This document shows positions 1 through 9,702 of a DNA stretch of 64,000 nucleotides, in pieces. The stretch comes from an uncultured Chloroflexia bacterium (GTDB taxonomy: Bacteria > Chloroflexota > Limnocylindria > Limnocylindrales > CSP1-4). The notes under the pieces are model-generated. The model did not search any database. It saw nothing but the letters and a program-made list of their open reading frames with translations, and was not told the origin of the DNA. Both the position numbers and the translations under genes were made by a program. The stretch covers positions 797,231-861,230 of the forward strand of contig CAWFNQ010000001.1 in NCBI GenBank assembly GCA_963817245.1. The letters run 5' to 3'. Position 1 is the first letter of the stretch; each line of letters starts with the position of its first letter.

Positions 1-1001
<1,001 letters not shown>

Positions 1002-1061
1002 ACGCGCCCCACCGCGAACCATCCGCCGCGTGGGCGCTGGCGGGCCCACCGGGGGGTCGCC

Positions 1062-2069
1062 ATGGGCGTGACCATCGCCGATGTCGCGCAGCTCGCCGGC
1101 GTCGGCCGGGGCACGGTCAGCCGCGTCCTCAACGACCGCGCCAACGTCGATCCGCAGACGCGCGCCCGCGTGCTGGCGGCGATCAAGGAACTCGACTTCG
1201 TCCCGAGCCCGACGGCTCGCCGGCTGAGCCTCGGCAGGACCCAGACCGTCGCGGTCATCCTGCCGTTCCTGACGCGGCCATCGGCCGTCGAGCGCTTGCG
1301 CGGGATCGAGTTCGCGCTCGTCCAGGCCGGCTACGACCTGATCGTGTTCAACGTGGAGACCGTGCAGCGGCGCGACTCGGTGTTCCAGGACCTGCCCCGC
1401 GCCGAGCGCGTCGATGGCCTGATCATCGTGTCGCTGTCACCGCACGAGGTCGAGCTCGAACGGATCCGCCGCTCCGGGCTCCCCACCATCCTCGTCGACG
1501 CGCATCACCGGTCGCTCCCGAGGGTCGTGGCCGACGACGTCGGCGGCGGACGGATCGCAACGGAACACCTCGTCGCCCTCGGCCATCGGCGGATCGGATT
1601 CATCGGGGACATCCCGCGTGTGCCGCTGGCTTTCACCTCGAGTCGCCTTCGTCTTGCCGGCGTCCGCCGGGCCACGACGGACGCCCGGGTGCCGCTGCCC
1701 GACTGGATGATCGCGATCGGGGACCACTCGCGTCATCGCGCGGTGGAGCTGGCCCGCAAGATGCTCGCGCACCGCAGCCGGCCGACCGGCATCGTCTGCG
1801 CGAGCGATACCCAGGCGGCGGGAGCGCTCGAGGCCGCGGCATCGCTCGGCCTGTCGGTTCCCGGTGACGTCTCGATCACCGGCTACGACGACCTCGAGCT
1901 CGCCGACCACCTCGGACTCACGACCATCCACCAGCCGCTGTTCGAGTCCGGCGTCCGGGCCGTCCAGCGCCTGCTCGTGGGGATCGACGGGCGGCCGATG
2001 GGGCCGTTGCGCGAGGTCCAGGACATCAGCCTGGTCGTGCGCCGGACGACGGCACCCGTCAACGCCTGA
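1062..2069 (+). CDS. LacI-family transcriptional repressor
   Basis: N-terminal HTH VTIADVAQLAGVGRGTVSRVLN followed by a periplasmic-binding-like sugar domain. 335 aa. Sits between glycosidase genes. Confidence 0.9.
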   Translation: MGVTIADVAQLAGVGRGTVSRVLNDRANVDPQTRARVLAAIKELDFVPSPTARRLSLGRTQTVAVILPFLTRPSAVERLRGIEFALVQAGYDLIVFNVETVQRRDSVFQDLPRAERVDGLIIVSLSPHEVELERIRRSGLPTILVDAHHRSLPRVVADDVGGGRIATEHLVALGHRRIGFIGDIPRVPLAFTSSRLRLAGVRRATTDARVPLPDWMIAIGDHSRHRAVELARKMLAHRSRPTGIVCASDTQAAGALEAAASLGLSVPGDVSITGYDDLELADHLGLTTIHQPLFESGVRAVQRLLVGIDGRPMGPLREVQDISLVVRRTTAPVNA

Positions 2070-2130
2070 GCCGTCGGCGCGCGGCAGGCTCCGAGGTTGA
2101 CATGGGTCCGTCCGCTCGCGGACACTGCAC

Positions 2131-2144
2131 TGGAACCGGTTCCA
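2131..2144. promoter_or_regulatory. Candidate LacI-family operator: perfect 14-bp palindrome TGGAACCGGTTCCA
   Basis: Perfect dyad in the 184-nt gap between the LacI gene and the amylosucrase gene, 29 nt downstream of a TTGACA hexamer (2097-2102). Confidence 0.55.
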
Positions 2145-2253
2145 AGGAAGGGTCTCCAGCGAAGAGGATGCGATCCGGTGTCTCGATCGGTCGTCTCGTG
2201 CTCGGCGCCGCGCAGCGGCCGGATCGCGGCGTGACGGGCGACGGCATCTGGAA

Positions 2254-4308
2254 TTGACGACCGACTTCCCAGGGTCGATGTCGCCGCGTGCGGCGGTCCG
2301 GCGAACCTCCTCCGCCGGGCCGCCGCCGACGCCCCCGAGCCTCGAACGAGCGACCGACCGGGCCGCAGCGCGGCTCCGTGGTCTTGACGAGGCCGAGGCC
2401 GGCCCGATGCTCGAGCGCCTCGCGCGCTGGTGGGAGGACCTCGTCGTCGGGTGGACGAGCGTCTACGGCATGGGCGGTCGCGGGCCGGCGGGGCTCGACC
2501 GGCTCGTGGACCTGCTCGTCGATCGCTACCACGACCGACGGTCGGCGCTCCGGCAGCTCGACGACGTCAGGACCGTGGACACGGACTGGATCCAGGATCC
2601 ATCGATGATCGGGTACGTCTGCTATCCCGCGTCGTTCGGCGGGACGCTGGCCGGGGTCGCCGAGCACCTCGACTACCTCGAGGAGCTCCGGGTCCGATAT
2701 CTGCACCTGATGCCGCTGCTGCGGTCACGCGAGGGCGAGACCGACGGTGGCTACGCCGTGGTCGACTACCGGGCCGTCGAGCCCGCGCTCGGGACGATGG
2801 ACGACCTCGAGCACCTGTGCGACGCGCTGCGGGCGCGGGGCATCAGCCTATGCCTCGACCTCGTGCTCAACCACACGGCGGCCGAGCATGCGTGGGCACG
2901 CCGCGCGGCGGCGGGCGACGCCGACGCGGCGGCCATGTATCGCATCTTCCCGGACCGCACCATGCCCGACCGGTTCGAACGGACCCTGCCGGAGACGTTC
3001 CCGGAGCTCGCTCCCGGCAACTTCACGGCCCTGCACGACGGTCGCTGGGTGTGGACGACGTTCCATCCCTGGCAGTGGGACCTGGACTGGTCGAACCCGG
3101 ATGTGTTCGTCGAGATGACCGACGTGCTGCTCGCGCTGGCCAACCGGGGCGTCGAGGTCCTCCGGCTCGATGCCGTCGCCTTCCTCTGGAAGCGGATGGG
3201 CACGAATTGCCAGAACCAGCCCGAGGTCCACGACCTGCTCCAGGCGCTCCGGGCGTGCGCCCGGATCGTGGCCCCGGCGATCGTCTTCAAGGCCGAGGCG
3301 ATCGTCGGCCCGGACGACCTGGCGGCCTATCTCGGCGTCGGCCGGCACCGCGGCCGGGTCTCCGACATGGCGTACCACAACAGCCTGATGGTCCAGTACT
3401 GGTCGGCCCTCGCGACCCGCGACGCCCGGCTCATGACCCAGGTGCTCGGAGGCCTCGAACCCAAGCCGGGCAGCACGACCTGGGGCACCTACATCCGCTG
3501 CCACGATGACATCGGCTGGGCGATCACCGACGAGGACGCCGCGGCCGTGGGCTGGGGCGGCCGAGCCCACCGGATGTTCCTGTCGTCCTACTACTCCGGC
3601 ACGTTCCCCGGGTCGTTCGCGCGCGGTGCGTTGTTCAACGCCGTACCCGAGACCGGCGACAGCCGGGTGAGCGGCACGTTCGCCAGCCTGGCCGGCCTGG
3701 AGGCCGCCCTGGAGGCCGGCGACCCCGGCGCGATCGACGCGGCGATCGAGCGGATCCGCCTCGGCCATGCGCTGATCATGGCCTGGGACGGGGTCCCGCT
3801 CCTGTACATGGGCGACGAGATCGGCCTCCGCAACGACCATGCCTTCGAGGCCGACCCGGACCGGGCGGCCGACAGCCGCTGGCTCCACCGGCCACGGATG
3901 GACTGGGCCGCCGCCGGCCGACGTCACGATCACGCGACGATCGAGGGGCGGATCTTCGATGATGTCCTTCGGCTCGTCGAGGCCCGCCGGGCGGCCCCGC
4001 AGCTCCATGCGGCACGACCCCTCGAGATCGTCGACCTCGGCGACCCGGCGCTCTTCGCCTTCGCCCGCCGGCATCCCGCCGGCTCGCTCGTGGCGATCCA
4101 CGACTTCGCCGACGAGCCCCGGACCGTGCCGCTGACGCGGCTGCCCTTCGCTCGTTCGACGCGCGGTGCGGCGTCGGCGGCCGCGCCACGCACGCGCGCC
4201 GGCCGCGTCGTCGACCTGCTCGAACCCGGGTTCGCGGCCGCGTCGACCGGCGTGGTGATCCCCGCACGCGGCGTGCGCTGGCTCGTCGAACGGCCCGCGG
4301 TCGCATGA
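2254..4308 (+). CDS. Amylosucrase-like GH13 alpha-amylase family enzyme
   Basis: LHLMPLL...DGGYAVVDYRAVEPALGTMDDL...LDLVLNHTA...EVLRLDAVAFLWK...YIRCHDDIGW. TTG start at 2254, alternative ATG at 2278. Confidence 0.8.
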   Translation: MTTDFPGSMSPRAAVRRTSSAGPPPTPPSLERATDRAAARLRGLDEAEAGPMLERLARWWEDLVVGWTSVYGMGGRGPAGLDRLVDLLVDRYHDRRSALRQLDDVRTVDTDWIQDPSMIGYVCYPASFGGTLAGVAEHLDYLEELRVRYLHLMPLLRSREGETDGGYAVVDYRAVEPALGTMDDLEHLCDALRARGISLCLDLVLNHTAAEHAWARRAAAGDADAAAMYRIFPDRTMPDRFERTLPETFPELAPGNFTALHDGRWVWTTFHPWQWDLDWSNPDVFVEMTDVLLALANRGVEVLRLDAVAFLWKRMGTNCQNQPEVHDLLQALRACARIVAPAIVFKAEAIVGPDDLAAYLGVGRHRGRVSDMAYHNSLMVQYWSALATRDARLMTQVLGGLEPKPGSTTWGTYIRCHDDIGWAITDEDAAAVGWGGRAHRMFLSSYYSGTFPGSFARGALFNAVPETGDSRVSGTFASLAGLEAALEAGDPGAIDAAIERIRLGHALIMAWDGVPLLYMGDEIGLRNDHAFEADPDRAADSRWLHRPRMDWAAAGRRHDHATIEGRIFDDVLRLVEARRAAPQLHAARPLEIVDLGDPALFAFARRHPAGSLVAIHDFADEPRTVPLTRLPFARSTRGAASAAAPRTRAGRVVDLLEPGFAAASTGVVIPARGVRWLVERPAVA

Positions 4309-4315
4309 GCCACCG

Positions 4316-6004
4316 ATGACGGACACGGGCGGACGGGGTGCCGCGGTCGGGCCGGTCGGTGCCTGCTTCGGCGACGACTGGTGGCGCCGCGGGGTCATCT
4401 ACCAGATCTACCCGCGTAGCTTCGCCGACGGCGATGGCGACGGGCTCGGCGACCTGCGCGGGGTGATCGACCACCTCGACCACCTCGGCCCGGACGGTCT
4501 GGGAGTCGATGCGATCTGGCTCTCGCCGATCTACCCGTCGCCCGGTGTCGACGGCGGGTACGACGTGATCGACCACTCGCGAGTGGATCCGAAGCTGGGC
4601 GGCGACGAGACGTTCGACACGCTCGTGCGCGAGGCGCATCGGCGCGGCATCCGGGTGATCCTCGACCTCGTGATGAACCACACGAGCGACCAGCATCCGT
4701 GGTTCGTCGCCTCCCGCCGGGACCGGCACGGGCCGTTCGCCGACCACTACATCTGGCGCGATCCGAGCGGCGTCGACGCGGCCGGGGCGCCGCTCCCGCC
4801 GAACAACTGGGTCTCGTGGTTCGGCGGTTCGGCGTGGACCTTCGACCCGGCGCGTGGCCAGTTCTTCCACCACACGTTCCTGGCCGAGCAGCCCGAGGTG
4901 GACTGGCGCGTACCCGCCGTCGAGACGGCGATGTTCGACATGGTCCGCCGCTGGCTCGATCGCGGCGTGGACGGCTTCCGCCTCGACACGTTCAACGTCT
5001 TCCTCAAGCACCCGTCGATGCCGTCGAACCCGACGCGTCCGGGGCCCACGGCCTGGACCCGCCAGATCCACCGCTATGACATCGACCAGCCGGACCTCCC
5101 GGCGCTCATGGACCGGTTCCGCGCCGTCGTCGATGCCCACCCGGGGCGGATGTCGGTGGGCGAGCTCTTCGTGGGGGCGCTCGGGAGGGCCGCCGCGCTG
5201 ACGTGTGAGCGCCATCTCGTGTTCGACTGGGAGCTCATCGGCCAGCCGTGGCGGGCGGACGCGTTCGCCACGACGATCCGGCGCCGCGAGCGCGCCTTCG
5301 GTGACCGCTGGCCGACCGTCGTCCTCTCGAACCATGACCAGCCGCGGCACGTGTCCCGCCTCGCCCGCTCGGTCGGGGCACCGGACGCCGACCAGGACGC
5401 GATCGCCAAGGCCGCGGCGACCATCCTGCTGACCTCGCGCGGGACGCCGTTCCTCTACTACGGCGAGGAGATCGGCATGGGTGACGTGGCGATCCCGGCG
5501 ACCGAGAGCGTCGATCCGCCGGCCGCGCGCGTCGGGCCCGACTTCGCCTGGTGGGACCGCTCGCAGGCCCGGACCCCGATGCCCTGGGGCGAGGGCCCAA
5601 GTGCGGGCTTCACGAGCGCCCAGCCGTGGCTGCGACTAGCCCCGGACGTCGCGGAGCGCAACGTCGCGCGCCAGGTCGCCGACCCAGGCTCGGTGCTCGC
5701 CTGGTATCGGGTGCTGCTGCGGACCCGGCGCGAACATCGGTCGCTCCAGGACGGCACGATCCGGGTCCTCTCGACGCCGGGCGCCGACGTCCTCGCCTAC
5801 GTCCGCCGCGGGACCGGACCCGCGGTGCTCGTCCTGGTCCGGTTCGGCGCCGGGGCCTGCCCGTTCCGGCTGCCGTCGAGCGCGACCGGGACCTGGCGCG
5901 TCGTCGCCGGTACGCATCGCGATCCGCCCCCGACCCTCGTCGGCGGTCGCGATATCGAGTTGCGCGGCTACGAGGCCATCGTGGCCGTCGGTGCCGACCG
6001 ATGA
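4316..6004 (+). CDS. GH13 alpha-glucosidase / oligo-1,6-glucosidase-like
   Basis: WWRRGVIYQIYPRSFADGDGDGLGDLRGV...DLVMNHTSDQHPWF...GFRLDTFNV...GELF...NHDQPR. Confidence 0.88.
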   Translation: MTDTGGRGAAVGPVGACFGDDWWRRGVIYQIYPRSFADGDGDGLGDLRGVIDHLDHLGPDGLGVDAIWLSPIYPSPGVDGGYDVIDHSRVDPKLGGDETFDTLVREAHRRGIRVILDLVMNHTSDQHPWFVASRRDRHGPFADHYIWRDPSGVDAAGAPLPPNNWVSWFGGSAWTFDPARGQFFHHTFLAEQPEVDWRVPAVETAMFDMVRRWLDRGVDGFRLDTFNVFLKHPSMPSNPTRPGPTAWTRQIHRYDIDQPDLPALMDRFRAVVDAHPGRMSVGELFVGALGRAAALTCERHLVFDWELIGQPWRADAFATTIRRRERAFGDRWPTVVLSNHDQPRHVSRLARSVGAPDADQDAIAKAAATILLTSRGTPFLYYGEEIGMGDVAIPATESVDPPAARVGPDFAWWDRSQARTPMPWGEGPSAGFTSAQPWLRLAPDVAERNVARQVADPGSVLAWYRVLLRTRREHRSLQDGTIRVLSTPGADVLAYVRRGTGPAVLVLVRFGAGACPFRLPSSATGTWRVVAGTHRDPPPTLVGGRDIELRGYEAIVAVGADR

Positions 6005-6056
6005 GTGCGTCCTGCTACCATGCCTCACGAGCCAGCCTTGACCGGGGAGAGACCAC

Positions 6057-6812
6057 GTGCCGCTCGAGTTCCTGAAGAAGCGCGGGGCCACCGACGACGC
6101 CGCCGCAGCGGCCGCGTCGAGCGCCGCGACCAGCGGCGCGATGCCCGAGGAGATCGTCGCCCAGGACCACCAGCTGCGCCTGTACTACGCGGGCAAGAGC
6201 AGCGAAGGCGTCCGGATGAAGAACGGCCAGAAGGCGCTTGCCGAGATGCCGGGGATGATGGCCGGGCTCGCACAGTCGGAGATCGAGGTCGTCGCGCCCC
6301 TCCCGATCGAGTTCAGCCAGGCGGCCCCGACCATCGCCCGCCCGTCCGAGGCGATGCAGTGGCTCAACGCCCACCACGGCAATGCGCCGATCACCCGGCA
6401 CGCACTCGTCGTCCTCGAGTCGATCGATGCCGTGGACCTCGCGTTCGACACGTTCGCCTGTGCGCTGCTCGACGGCGAGGTGGACACCTCGGGATACCCC
6501 GAATACAACGCCGTCGTCGGTGGCGTGGCCTCCCACTGGGACGAGGCGACAGGCGACATGATCTGCCGGGCCGTCGTCGGCTGGGGTGGCCGCGGCGTCC
6601 GCGGTGACACGGACCGGATCGGTGCCAAGCTGCTGTCCGGCATCCTGACGAACATCCTGGCCAGCCAGTACGCCAACGGGATCGCGACCATCGAGCGCCC
6701 GGTGCCGGCCGCCGGTCGCGGCGGTCTCGTGTGTGCGCACTGCGGGTTCGCCTCGGCGCACGAGCGGGCGTTCTACTGCCCCAAGTGCGGCATGCGTCTC
6801 CTGCGCGGCTGA
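6057..6812 (+). CDS. Hypothetical protein with C-terminal zinc ribbon
   Basis: GTG start preceded by GGGGAGAG. High GC3. C-terminus is CAHCGFASAHERAFYCPKCGMRL (CxxC-N12-CxxC). I recognise no family for the body. Confidence 0.6.
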   Translation: MPLEFLKKRGATDDAAAAAASSAATSGAMPEEIVAQDHQLRLYYAGKSSEGVRMKNGQKALAEMPGMMAGLAQSEIEVVAPLPIEFSQAAPTIARPSEAMQWLNAHHGNAPITRHALVVLESIDAVDLAFDTFACALLDGEVDTSGYPEYNAVVGGVASHWDEATGDMICRAVVGWGGRGVRGDTDRIGAKLLSGILTNILASQYANGIATIERPVPAAGRGGLVCAHCGFASAHERAFYCPKCGMRLLRG

Positions 6813-6826
6813 CGCCGCCCCGACGG

Positions 6827-7444
6827 ATGCCCCTCTACGACTACGACTGCGCTGCGTGCGGGCGTCGGTTCGAGGTGATCCACGGCCTCCACGAAAGCGG
6901 GCCGACGACCTGCCCGCTGTGCGGGAAGGGCCCCGTGCGCAAGGCCGTCACCGCCTCGGCCGTCCACTTCAAGGGGTCGGGCTGGGCGAAGAAGGAGCGC
7001 GGCTCGACGTTGCGCAGGAGCGCTGAGAAGGCGGAGAAGGGCGAGTCGGGCGACACCGCCACGGCCGCCACGACGACGTCGGAGGGGCCGGCCGAGACCG
7101 GCAAGGCGAGCGCCGCCAAGTCGAGCGCTCCTGAGTCGAGCGCCACCAAATCGAGCGCTCCTGACGTCGAGCGCCACCAAGTCCGCGACATCGAGCGACT
7201 GACGATGGCCGGCGCGGCGGACTGGATCACGCTCGCCGAGGCGTCCGAGATCCTGCGCGCGAGCAACGTGCATTTCACCCCGGCCACGATCGGTGGGTGG
7301 GCGCGCGCCGGACGGCTCGCGAGCATCAAGCTCGGTGGCCGGCGGTACGTCCGCCGCGGCGAGGTCCGGGCGCTCGTCGCGGCGCCTCGGCGCGTGCGCA
7401 GTGACGACGTCCAGCCCGTGCTGTTCGAGGACCTCGGCCGCTGA
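6827..7444 (+). CDS. FmdB/CxxC_CxxC_SSSS zinc-ribbon protein, fused as written to an excisionase/MerR-type HTH domain
   Basis: MPLYDYDCAACGRRFEVIHGLHESGPTTCPLCG...VRKAVTASAVHFKGSGW, then an S/A/T/K-rich repeat, then DWITLAEASEILRASNVHFTPATIGGWARAGRLASIKLGGRRYVRRGEV. The fusion may depend on a single base, g7166 (see findings). Confidence 0.7.
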   Translation: MPLYDYDCAACGRRFEVIHGLHESGPTTCPLCGKGPVRKAVTASAVHFKGSGWAKKERGSTLRRSAEKAEKGESGDTATAATTTSEGPAETGKASAAKSSAPESSATKSSAPDVERHQVRDIERLTMAGAADWITLAEASEILRASNVHFTPATIGGWARAGRLASIKLGGRRYVRRGEVRALVAAPRRVRSDDVQPVLFEDLGR

Positions 7445-7449
7445 CCCGA

Positions 7450-8352
7450 TTGATCGATCGCCTCAGCGCGTTCGTCGACCGCCTGCTGGAGCGGCCCAGG
7501 GTGGCGTTCGTGCGACAGGTCCTCGACACCTTCGGGAGGGCCGCCGGCGGGCTCCTGGCGAACGGCCTCGCGTACGCGGCCCTGTTCGCCGTCGTCCCGA
7601 CGGTCCTGCTGGTCCTCGGCCTCACCGGATGGTTGCTCAACGACCCCGCCGTCCAACAGTCCCTGGTCGACGCGCTGGCTGCCACCTTCCCGCCGCTCGC
7701 CGAGATCTTCGAGGGCATCCTGACCTCGCTCACGCACGCCGCGGCGCTCACCTCGATCATCGGGTTCATCGGACTGCTGTGGGCCGTGAGCCAGTTCTAC
7801 GGCGCGCTCGATGTCGCGTTCGCGCGGATCTACTCGGACGCCCCCGAGCGCGACATCGTACGTCGCACCGCCCGTGGGTTCGCCTGGGTGGCCCTGATCA
7901 TCGGGATCGTGATCGTCGCGATCGTCGTCGGGTCGCTCTCGACGCTGTTCGACGCGTTCATCCCGGACGACATCCCGGTCGCGACCTCCGTGTCGGGAGT
8001 CCTGACGTCACCGGCGGCGCTGATCGCCGCATCGGTCGGCGTGGTCGCGCTGCTCTACCGCGTCCTGCCGCCGACCGCCCCGAGCTGGTGGGCCATCCGG
8101 CCCCCGGCCGCGGTCGTCGGGATCGCGCTCGTCGTGCTGGCCCAGGTGTTCATGTTCCTGGTGCCGCGGCTCGTCGGCACGGCCGCCTTCGCGGGCTCGC
8201 TCGCGGCGGCGTTCATCGCCCTGGCGTGGCTGTCGTTCAGCTTCCAGGCGCTGCTCTATGGGGCGGCCTGGGTGCGCGTCCGGGACGAGACCCGATCAGG
8301 CGTGCTGGGCGGTCCCGCAGCGCCGGCAGAACCGGGCGGTCGCGGAGAGTGA
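7450..8352 (+). CDS. YihY/BrkB-family membrane protein
   Basis: TTG start. LANGLAYAALFAVVPTVLLVLGL and about 6 TM segments typical of YihY/virulence factor BrkB. 300 aa. Confidence 0.8.
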   Translation: MIDRLSAFVDRLLERPRVAFVRQVLDTFGRAAGGLLANGLAYAALFAVVPTVLLVLGLTGWLLNDPAVQQSLVDALAATFPPLAEIFEGILTSLTHAAALTSIIGFIGLLWAVSQFYGALDVAFARIYSDAPERDIVRRTARGFAWVALIIGIVIVAIVVGSLSTLFDAFIPDDIPVATSVSGVLTSPAALIAASVGVVALLYRVLPPTAPSWWAIRPPAAVVGIALVVLAQVFMFLVPRLVGTAAFAGSLAAAFIALAWLSFSFQALLYGAAWVRVRDETRSGVLGGPAAPAEPGGRGE

Positions 8353-8710
8353 CAGTCCGCAGCTGACGCAGGACTGGACCCCGGTCATCGGTCGGTCGCT
8401 GCTGGGTGCCGCGGTCACCTCCTGGTCCGACGCGGCCCACAGTGCCTCGACGCCACCGGTCGGGACCGCGGGGCGGCCGAGGAATGGGAGGCCGACCGAC
8501 GCCTGCTGCGCCGGCCACTCGGGCTGCGCGGGCCACTCGGGCGGCGCGGCCTGCGCCGCCGGGGCCGCGGTCCCGTTGGTCGGGGCGACCGGGGCGACCG
8601 GCGCCGCGGGGGCCATCGGGACGCCTTCGGTCGGGGCCGGCGTGGGCTCCGGCGCGACGACCGTCCAGGTCGGCTGCTCGACGATGTCGACCGCCGGTGC
8701 GGGTGGGGTC

Positions 8711-8815
8711 GGGATCGGCGCAGCGGCGACCGGCTCGGGTGCCGGCTGGACAGGCTGCTGTCGGGATCGGCGCAGCGGCAGCGGCGACCGGCTCGGGTGC
8801 CGGCTGGACGGGCTG
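8711..8815. repeat. Near-identical direct tandem repeat, period 52 bp, inside the zinc-ribbon gene
   Basis: GGGATCGGCGCAGCGGCGACCGGCTCGGGTGCCGGCTGGACAGGCTG at 8711 recurs at 8763 with a 6-nt GCAGCG insertion and one A-to-G substitution (A8754 versus G8812). It encodes QPVQPAPEPVAAA(AA)PIP on the minus strand. Confidence 0.85.
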
Positions 8816-9630
8816 GGCCGGCTCGGGGACGACGGCCACCGGCTCGGGCGGCACAACGACCGGCTCTGGCACGATGGCGACGGGCTCGGGCGGGACCGGT
8901 GACGCCGCCATCGGCGCCGGCTCGATGACCGCCGCGGCGGCCTCGACCGGGACGACCGGCTCGGCAGGCGCGGGGGCCTCGGAGGCCGGGACGTCGGCTC
9001 GCTCGAACTCGTCGAGCGCCTCATCGAGGCTCTGCCCGGGCCGAAGTCCGGCGACGATCGCCGCGGCGGCGGCCGCGGCGTGATCGTGCTCGGCCGCGGC
9101 GGAGTCGGGTTCGACGGATCCGGCGTGGATGGGCTCGGCGTGGATGGGCTCGGGGGCCGGCGGCGGCGCGACGTCCTCGATAGCGAGCGAGGCCGCGAGC
9201 GCATCGACCGCCTCGTGGTCGATGTCGTACGGGTGGAAGACCAGCTCGTCGAGCGGCTCGATGACCGGCTCCGGCTCGGCCGCATCGACGACCGGGAGGA
9301 TCTCGGGCTCGACGTCCGTGATGGCCGCGACCGGTTCGGCCGCGACGGGCGGCACGATCGCGTCGACACCGGCGGGCACGACCGGAACGAAGGTGGCGGG
9401 AGCGATGTCCTCGTTCGGGGCCACGTCGACCACGGCCGACTCGGCGGCGTCGACGACGGCCGGCTCGGCCGTGTCGGGTTCCGGCAGGGGAGCGTCGTCG
9501 GCGCCGATCACCCCAGCGACGCCGAGGGTGGCGGCCTCGGCTTGAAGGTCGAGGACGATCTCGGGTTCGGCCTCGGGCTCGGCGGGCATCGGTCCGGCGA
9601 ACGACGGCTCGGTGGTCGGTTCGGCCAGGT

Positions 9631-9702
9631 CTCGACCGGGGCCGGCGGCTCGACCGGGGCCGGCGGCTCGACCGGGGCCGGCGGTTCGACCGGGGCCGGA
9701 GG
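9631..9702. repeat. 18-bp tandem repeat x4 (CTCGACCGGGGCCGGCGG), coding PPAPVE on the minus strand
   Basis: Three perfect copies and one copy with 2 mismatches, read directly from the sequence. Confidence 0.9.
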
